Shown in pieces: positions 57,471 to 64,000 of a stretch of 64,000 nucleotides of DNA. The notes below the pieces were generated by a model that saw only the letters and a list, made by a program, of their open reading frames with translations, was not told the origin of the DNA and ran no database searches. The DNA comes from Diplonema japonicum (taxonomy: Eukaryota; Protista; Euglenozoa: Diplonemea), in assembly GCA_964019335.1 (NCBI GenBank), contig OZ025727.1, positions 62,001-126,000 on the forward strand, in the 5' to 3' direction. Made by a program: the position numbers and the translations under genes. The stretch's first letter is position 1; every line of letters begins with the position of its first letter.

Positions 57471-57786
57471 GGTGTGAGTTGGGTTGGTATTGTGAATTAT
57501 CTTGAAGTGTACCTTCCCATTCTTCATTCTCCTGACAATTGGTTTTGCAGAACAAAGTGGATTCTCCTTTCTTTCTCTGCCAATGGCTGAGTGTTGCACA
57601 CCATTCACACTCATTCTAACAACCAAAGCACCACAACCCCAGAACGGTGACCTATTAGTGTGAATTTCTAATGAATAATCCCCCCGCAAACCCCTCCCCT
57701 GCACACTGAGATTTTATATCGAACTTTTTCTCCCAGTCTTCTTTCCTTTCCCTCTAGAAATGCAATATTCGCGGTTTCTTTTTCTT

Positions 57787-57832
<46 letters not shown>

Positions 57833-58241
57833 TGAACAAGAAAACAATATATATTGATGAATTGTTATTGCTAAAAAGAGTAGTGGTGGCATTGTTGGGC
57901 TTATCCTTCTACAGGCTAACCCCCGGCTGTGCACAAACAACAATTTTTCTCTTTTCTCTCACCCTCAAGTCTGTGAGACAAACTGCAATGATGCTCAAGT
58001 GCCTGCGTTTTCCAAGGTACAACTTTTAGTAGAAAGAGGGGGAGAAAGAAAAGAAGATCGCACAAAAGCAATGAAGGCTCTGCCACCTTGAGTGCGTCGT
58101 CGAAGCACTGCACAAAAAAAAGGGGGAGGGGGAGGGGGCATGTTTTTAGGTACACCTACCGAATTTTCTTCTTTTTCCATCCCCCCCAAAAAAAGTTACC
58201 GAAGACGTTGTTCGCCCCCCCCCCCAAAAAAAGAAATAAAC

Positions 58242-59870
58242 ATGGTCAACTATAACATTACGCAATTTGGCGTCAAACTCCCGCAGTTCAAGGTAGTGTG
58301 GGTTGGGGAGGAGGACGGCAGCGATGCAGATACTTACCAGGAGTTCCTGGGAAGGTACAAAGGAGAGGTAGTGAGGGTGGATGGTGAGGGTGGGATGTTT
58401 GCTGAGCTCGAAGGGGGCGGGGTAGGGTGGGTGGTCGGTGGGGGCGATGCTGCCACACGAGCTGCACTGGACAACAGCTTCATACAACTGGGAGGGCCAC
58501 CAGTGGGTGATGATGAAGAGGCAAAAATAGAGGTAATAGAGCCCCCATTAGTGCTGTTCCTGGACAACCCTTGCTGCATCTTCGGGAACGAAAAGTACGA
58601 AGCTTCTGAACTACCCTCTGTGGTGGAACATCACCACAGAGGCAGCTTAGAATTCTGTCGTGGAAGAAATCCGAACATCTTTCGTGGATCAAACAGGAAA
58701 CGCTACTTGATGAAGCTTCTCAAAGGAGTAGTTAGGCACACCGTCCCGGAGCCGGACACACCCCTCCTTGTCACAGAAGCCCCAGACAGCCATGAAGGCT
58801 TCAGTGCAATACTCTCTGCCGAACTACAGCTGGCCTTCCCGCAAAACCCCAAATACTACACTTGCCCCGAGGCGCTCACCCTCCTCACCCACGGGCAGAC
58901 CTCTGGCATCGTTGTCACCATCCAGGGCAGCTACGCCAAGGTGGTTCCCATTCTGAACGGCGAGCCTCTCGTCAACTGCATCACCATCCATGACGGGTTC
59001 GAGTTACCTGTCTGGGAAACCCATGTGGCCCATGTCCTCCCTGGTGCAAAGGCCCATTCCCTTCGCACTGCCATCGCAGCGAAGGATTTGAGCGTCTTGC
59101 TTCTGGACACCTATGGGCGATGCAAGTCCGAGGAGTTCTATTCACTGTTGCAGCACCCCGACTTCCCCCCCGAATGCAGTGAGCGTTCGTGGCTGGAGTG
59201 CGAGAAGGTGTTCTGCCAATCGATGGGTAGAATAGTGCACAGGTCGTTCGTTCCTTCTTATGAGAAATCAACAACGATCGTGATGACAGGCCTCACCGAG
59301 AAGATCCACGAGTGTGTAAGGCTGCTCCCCAAGGCTGTGCTGATGAAGGTGTGCAAGAGGGTTGTGCTGGACGGTCCTGGGGCGGACATCCGTGGGATGT
59401 GTGAGCGTGTGGAGGAAGAACTGTTCCCCGACCCCCCTGAGGAGGGTGGGGTGTGGACCATCGGAGGGGACCCTCTTGAGAAGGGGGTCTCGGATGGGCT
59501 TGTGCGGCAGCAGCAGGCAGGGTCGCGGTTCTACGAGGTGAGGGACACTGTGTACAACCTCGAGAGGCTCACAGCAATGCAGGGGGGGACAGTGCAAAGC
59601 ATTGCACCACTACAGCCCCCCATACCCCCCACATTCTCAAGCCTCCCTCCTGATGTTGTGCAGAATGTCTTCTCTTTCCTGGGCCCTCTTCTTATCTACA
59701 CAGATGGGCACAGGGTCACACGAGGACTTCTGGGGCAGAGTACCCGGCAAGCATACCTCGGGGGTCTGGTTGCTGTGGAGAGGACGTCGAGGGAGGCCAT
59801 CAAAGAGGCTTCTAAGTTGGACAGCAGGAGGGGCGTCCGTGTGCTCATGGAAATTAGTTCCCAACTATAA
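58242..59870 (+). CDS. Divergent actin-fold protein with an F-box-like motif (paralogue 1)
   Basis: Actin-like PLLVTEAP, HGQTSGIVV....YAKVVPILNG, VVLDGPGADIRGMCERVEEEL and AYLGG. F-box-like FSSLPPDVVQNVFSFL. Confidence 0.75.
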   Translation: MVNYNITQFGVKLPQFKVVWVGEEDGSDADTYQEFLGRYKGEVVRVDGEGGMFAELEGGGVGWVVGGGDAATRAALDNSFIQLGGPPVGDDEEAKIEVIEPPLVLFLDNPCCIFGNEKYEASELPSVVEHHHRGSLEFCRGRNPNIFRGSNRKRYLMKLLKGVVRHTVPEPDTPLLVTEAPDSHEGFSAILSAELQLAFPQNPKYYTCPEALTLLTHGQTSGIVVTIQGSYAKVVPILNGEPLVNCITIHDGFELPVWETHVAHVLPGAKAHSLRTAIAAKDLSVLLLDTYGRCKSEEFYSLLQHPDFPPECSERSWLECEKVFCQSMGRIVHRSFVPSYEKSTTIVMTGLTEKIHECVRLLPKAVLMKVCKRVVLDGPGADIRGMCERVEEELFPDPPEEGGVWTIGGDPLEKGVSDGLVRQQQAGSRFYEVRDTVYNLERLTAMQGGTVQSIAPLQPPIPPTFSSLPPDVVQNVFSFLGPLLIYTDGHRVTRGLLGQSTRQAYLGGLVAVERTSREAIKEASKLDSRRGVRVLMEISSQL

Positions 59871-60386
59871 GTGTTGGATTCTGTTACCCTAGCCTACCCT
59901 AGCCTTACCACCCTTCGGACATGTTTCTAATCCTGTTGAATATCTGAACCCCGTAGAAGTCTCGTGAATTTGTGAATAGCTACCCCCTGCTTCTTTTGCC
60001 TCAACGGGGACTAAACTCAGCTCGACAGTTGAGAACGTAACTTAAAAGAATTTTTTTGTGTGCACACTTTATCTACGCTTCCTCAAAGCGACCCTCCCGT
60101 CCACGGATAGGGCATGTCCAACACCACTTCCACGTGTATCGCTTGCTTGCGTTTTTTTCGTCGAACTTCACCTCCATCTTTGCAATATTTCTCAAGATGT
60201 TCCCCCTAAAGCCGAACTTGCGATTAATGTGGCCTCTTTGGAATGCCCGACGCCAAAGTTAAACTTGATTTCTGCCATTTGTTTTTAAATTCTTTTGTCA
60301 GGTATTTTACGTCTTCAGAGTTTTTTTTTTTCTTTTTTTTTTTCTTCTTTTTGCACCTTTCTGCTGGAAGTGGAAAAATCAAAAAG

Positions 60387-60418
<32 letters not shown>

Positions 60419-60445
60419 GCACCTCACAGGACTTCGTCGATAACG

Positions 60446-62143
60446 ATGTTCGGCTCAAAGCGGAAAAAATGTGAGGACTTAGGTATTTCAGTTGACATCA
60501 AACTCCCGCAGTTCAAGGTAGTGTGGGTTGGGGAGGAGGACGGCAGCGATGCAGATACTTACCAGGAATTCCTGGGAAGGTACAAAGGAGAGGTAGTGAG
60601 GGTGGATGGTGAGGGTGGGATGTTTGCTGAGCTCGAAGGGGGCGGGGTAGGGTGGGTGGTCGGTGGGGGCGATGCTGCCACACGAGCTGCACTGGACAAC
60701 GGCTTCATACAACTGGGAGGGCCTCCAGTGGGTGATGATGATGATGATGATGATGATGTGACAACAAAAAAGGAGTCCCCATTCGTGCTGTTCCTGGACA
60801 ACCCTTGCTGCATCTTCGGGAACGACAAGCGTCAAGCTTCTGAGATCCCTTCCTCCTCCACGTGCGTTCGACACTCAGCGTCAATAGAATTTAGCCGCAG
60901 GGGATTGAACATCTTTCAAAAAGGGTTTGCGGTGGGATGCTGTTTTATCGACCTTCTTTTTGGCATAAAAGAGATCATCTGCCCGAGGTCTGGCACACCC
61001 TTCCTTGTCACAGAAGCCCCAGATGACGCCCGCGGCTTGATCCACAAAGGACTCTCTGCCGAACTACAGCTGGCCTTCCCGCAAAACCCCAAATACTACA
61101 CTTGCCCCGAGGCGCTCACCCTCCTCACCCACGGGCAGACCTCTGGCATCGTTGTCACCATCCAGGGCAGCTACGCCAAGGTGGTTCCCATTCTGAACGG
61201 CGAGCCTCTCGTCAACTGCATCACCATCCATGACGGGTTCGAGTTACCTGTCTGGGAAACCCATGTGGCCCATGTTCTCCCTGGTGCAAAGGCCCATTCC
61301 CTTCGCACTGCCATCGCAGCGAAGGATTTGAGCGTCTTGCCTTTGGACAGATTTGGGTGGTGCAAGTCCGAGGAGTTCTATTCACTGTTGCAGCACCCCG
61401 ACTTCCCCCCCGAATGCAGTGAGCGTTCGTGGCTGGAGTGTGAGAAGGTGTTCTGCCAATCGATGGGTAGAATAGTGCAAAGGGCGCACATCGACCCTCG
61501 TGACAAACCGCCAACGATCGTGATGACAGGCCTCACCGAGAAGATCCACGAGTGTGTAAGGCTGCTCCCCAAGGCTGTGCTGATGAAGGTGTGCAAGAGG
61601 GTTGTGCTGGACGGTCCTGGGGCGGACATCCGTGGGATGTGTGAGCGTGTGGAGGAAGAACTGTTCCCCGACCCCCCTGAGGAGGGTGGGGTGTGGACCA
61701 TCGGAGGGGACCCTCTTGAGAAGGGGGTCTCGGATGGGCTTGTGCGGCAGCAGCAGGCAGGGTCGCGGTTCTACGAGGTGAGGGACACTGTGTACAACCT
61801 CGAGATGTTTACAGCCACGCAAGGGGGGACAGTGCAAATCATCGCATCACTACAGCCCCCCACACCCCCCACATTCTCAAGCCTCCCTCCTGATGTTGTG
61901 CGGACTGTCCTCTCTTTCCTGGGCCCTCTTCTTATCTACACAGATGGGCACAGGGTCACACGAGGACCTCTGGGGCAGAGTACCCGGCAAGCATACCTCG
62001 GGGGTCTGGTTGCTGTGGAGAGGACGTCGAGGAAGGCCATCAAAGAGGCTTCTAAGTTGGACAGCAGGAGGGGCGTCCGTGTGCTCATGGAAGTCTTCGA
62101 GGTCAGGAAAGACAAGAAGCCCGTGAAGTGCTCTATCTGCTAA
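60446..62143 (+). CDS. Divergent actin-fold protein with an F-box-like motif (paralogue 2), ending CSIC
   Basis: Tandem duplicate of 58242-59870 with long identical blocks. Confidence 0.75.
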   Translation: MFGSKRKKCEDLGISVDIKLPQFKVVWVGEEDGSDADTYQEFLGRYKGEVVRVDGEGGMFAELEGGGVGWVVGGGDAATRAALDNGFIQLGGPPVGDDDDDDDDVTTKKESPFVLFLDNPCCIFGNDKRQASEIPSSSTCVRHSASIEFSRRGLNIFQKGFAVGCCFIDLLFGIKEIICPRSGTPFLVTEAPDDARGLIHKGLSAELQLAFPQNPKYYTCPEALTLLTHGQTSGIVVTIQGSYAKVVPILNGEPLVNCITIHDGFELPVWETHVAHVLPGAKAHSLRTAIAAKDLSVLPLDRFGWCKSEEFYSLLQHPDFPPECSERSWLECEKVFCQSMGRIVQRAHIDPRDKPPTIVMTGLTEKIHECVRLLPKAVLMKVCKRVVLDGPGADIRGMCERVEEELFPDPPEEGGVWTIGGDPLEKGVSDGLVRQQQAGSRFYEVRDTVYNLEMFTATQGGTVQIIASLQPPTPPTFSSLPPDVVRTVLSFLGPLLIYTDGHRVTRGPLGQSTRQAYLGGLVAVERTSRKAIKEASKLDSRRGVRVLMEVFEVRKDKKPVKCSIC

Positions 62144-63058
62144 AAGAAAGAAGGGAAAAAAAAATAGAAAACAACATCGAATCTTTAATGTTCTATCTCA
62201 AAAAATCTCTTATTTCTCTTATTTTTCTTCAGCTGCACCGGCAGACATTTGATTCACGAAAAGAATAATACCCCCCCCCCCCCCCCCCCCTCTTTTATAT
62301 TTCCCTTTAAAAGATGTTCAGACAACGCAACCAATTTCTTTTTTATTTTGTTCTTTTGCATCTAAAACGTTGGTTTTTACTTTTTTTTAAAAACGAGCCG
62401 GGTTTTCAAGGTGTAACCAAAACTAGGATAATAATAATAAAAAAAGAAAAAACCCCACCCTTTCAAACCCGTCTCTCATTACAAATGAAAACAAGAGCAT
62501 GCTTGTCACTTGTGGTTGCAGGGGGGGGTTTTTTTTTTAAACTCAAAAATTATTTCCCGCGAAGTAAGATCCTGTTTCTCGTTCAAAAACCCCCCCCTGC
62601 CACCACGCGTAACATAATGATATCTTTGTCATTTAATGAACGGTTACCCTCCCCCCCTTTTTTTTACCAACCAGCTAACCAGAAATCGAGTTTATTGTAT
62701 TTGAAGGGGCAGCAAGACTTTTTTGGCCGGGTCTAGGTACGCGACGACACCTCCCCTTAAGCGAGTCATTTAAAGGCAAACCTTGGCCGTCTGTCATCAG
62801 TTCCCGCACAAGCAGACCACTCAAAAACAGCGATAACATGACCATGCGAGGTATACTCACTCCAATGTGTAGTTTGACTACACACACCGGGTCCCCGGTA
62901 AGGGCCAGTAGGGAGTTTTTCACTTCACAGTATTTTGTTTCATTCCCTTCCCCCCCCCCCCCCCCCCCCCCCCGCTTCACTGGCAACCAATACCTCTAGG
63001 AGGGCGTAGGAAGAGAGGGAGGAGAGGAGAAAAACGAAAAAGAAAAAGAAAAAAAAAA

Positions 63059-64000
63059 ATGAAAGTCCTCGCAGCAGTCTGGTTCGCCGCCTGTCTAAAA
63101 GCAACGATCTGTCAGGAATGCATCGCGAATGAGTACTCGCTGTGTGTGGCTAACGGCAACAACGCTGCCACATGCAAAGCAACAACAGAACTCTTCGATA
63201 AAAGGGCAACCTGCGGCTGCAACGCACAAGTAGTAGGTGTATGTGCTATGGATCACAACTGCACGAGTTCTTGTCTATCCGCCATGGCCTCGGAGGGCTG
63301 CGAAGCATCATGGTGCACTCTGTCACTGGTGACAAAGACCACCAGGCTGACCACCGTCTACAGGTTCGCAAAAGAGACCAACGCCACCCAAGTCCAGCAA
63401 ATTCTCCAACCGATCCTGGATTACTTCCTCGCAATAAACCTTAAGACAACTATTGTTGTTTCAGACGTGTCCATCCCAACACCCACGCCCACCCTGCAAC
63501 CAGGCGCGACACAACAGGATGTTGATCGGATTTGCTCCGAAATGGTGTACACATCTGACTGTGAGAAGGGTACCATGGGTTACTGCAAGTGGACGGGAGC
63601 AGAATGTGTCCACAATGGTGCGCGGATCTCTTCACAGCCAGCAGCTCAACAGGAAGTAACTTCTTCGGGTAATGGACCGTGGGACGCTACTGTACAAGTT
63701 GTTATTCAAAACACGACAAAACTTATGCACAGTGATATCCCTGTCCTGCTCTCAGGTCTATTAGACAGTGTCGCCGCCTCTGTTCAGAACGCGGAGCTGC
63801 AGCGTGCTACAATAACCGAGGTTCTCGGGGAAGGAAGCGCTTCACCTAACGGCAGTCAGATGTCTACTGGAACCGCGATCGCCATCATGTCTGGCATTGT
63901 GGTCAGTATGCTGGTGTTGGGGTTTGCCGCGTACTTGTACTTCAAACGGGAGCACCAGGCGGAAAACAGGGTTGCCAGCACTCCTCAGAATGTGGAGCTG
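63059..64000 (+). CDS. Cys-rich type I membrane protein, running off the window end
   Basis: Hand translation: MKVLAAVWFAACL signal peptide, Cys-rich domains, TM segment AIAIMSGIVVSMLVLGFAAYLYF. Open for 314 codons. Absent from the ORF track because there is no stop. Confidence 0.8.
   Translation, partial: MKVLAAVWFAACLKATICQECIANEYSLCVANGNNAATCKATTELFDKRATCGCNAQVVGVCAMDHNCTSSCLSAMASEGCEASWCTLSLVTKTTRLTTVYRFAKETNATQVQQILQPILDYFLAINLKTTIVVSDVSIPTPTPTLQPGATQQDVDRICSEMVYTSDCEKGTMGYCKWTGAECVHNGARISSQPAAQQEVTSSGNGPWDATVQVVIQNTTKLMHSDIPVLLSGLLDSVAASVQNAELQRATITEVLGEGSASPNGSQMSTGTAIAIMSGIVVSMLVLGFAAYLYFKREHQAENRVASTPQNVEL

Overview
This is eukaryotic genomic DNA with long A/T/C homopolymer intergenic tracts and a 200-N gap at 40001-40200. 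By inference it is euglenozoan, probably diplonemid-like. The support is trypanosomatid-type receptor adenylate cyclases, strand-uniform gene clusters, ingi- and CRE-like retroelement relics, and short GT-AG cis-introns. Host genes from about 4 to 34 kb are all on the minus strand: a 5'-nucleotidase/pseudo-cyclase receptor, cyclophilin, a CNBD K+ channel, a questin-oxidase-like protein, UNC-93, a MORN-repeat protein, a G8-type receptor kinase and a WSC protein. Host genes from 38 to 64 kb are all on the plus strand: UGDH, a 5'-nucleotidase/adenylate cyclase receptor, a PARP4-like protein with a ubiquitin domain, a chorismate-lyase-like protein, prolidase, two actin-fold paralogues with an F-box-like motif, and a Cys-rich membrane protein. 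Between them is a TE-rich, strongly CpG-depleted divergent strand-switch region. The strongest unannotated signal is a complete HDV-like self-cleaving ribozyme fold at 43238-43375, at the 5' end of a dispersed ~320-bp retroposon-like family. Also notable are the nucleotide-sensor-like receptor cyclases, A-rich splice acceptors, a pogo transposon with an H1-like tail and its MITE, and a multi-stem structured RNA candidate at 16564-16720. All domain calls come from reading motifs by eye; no database was searched.
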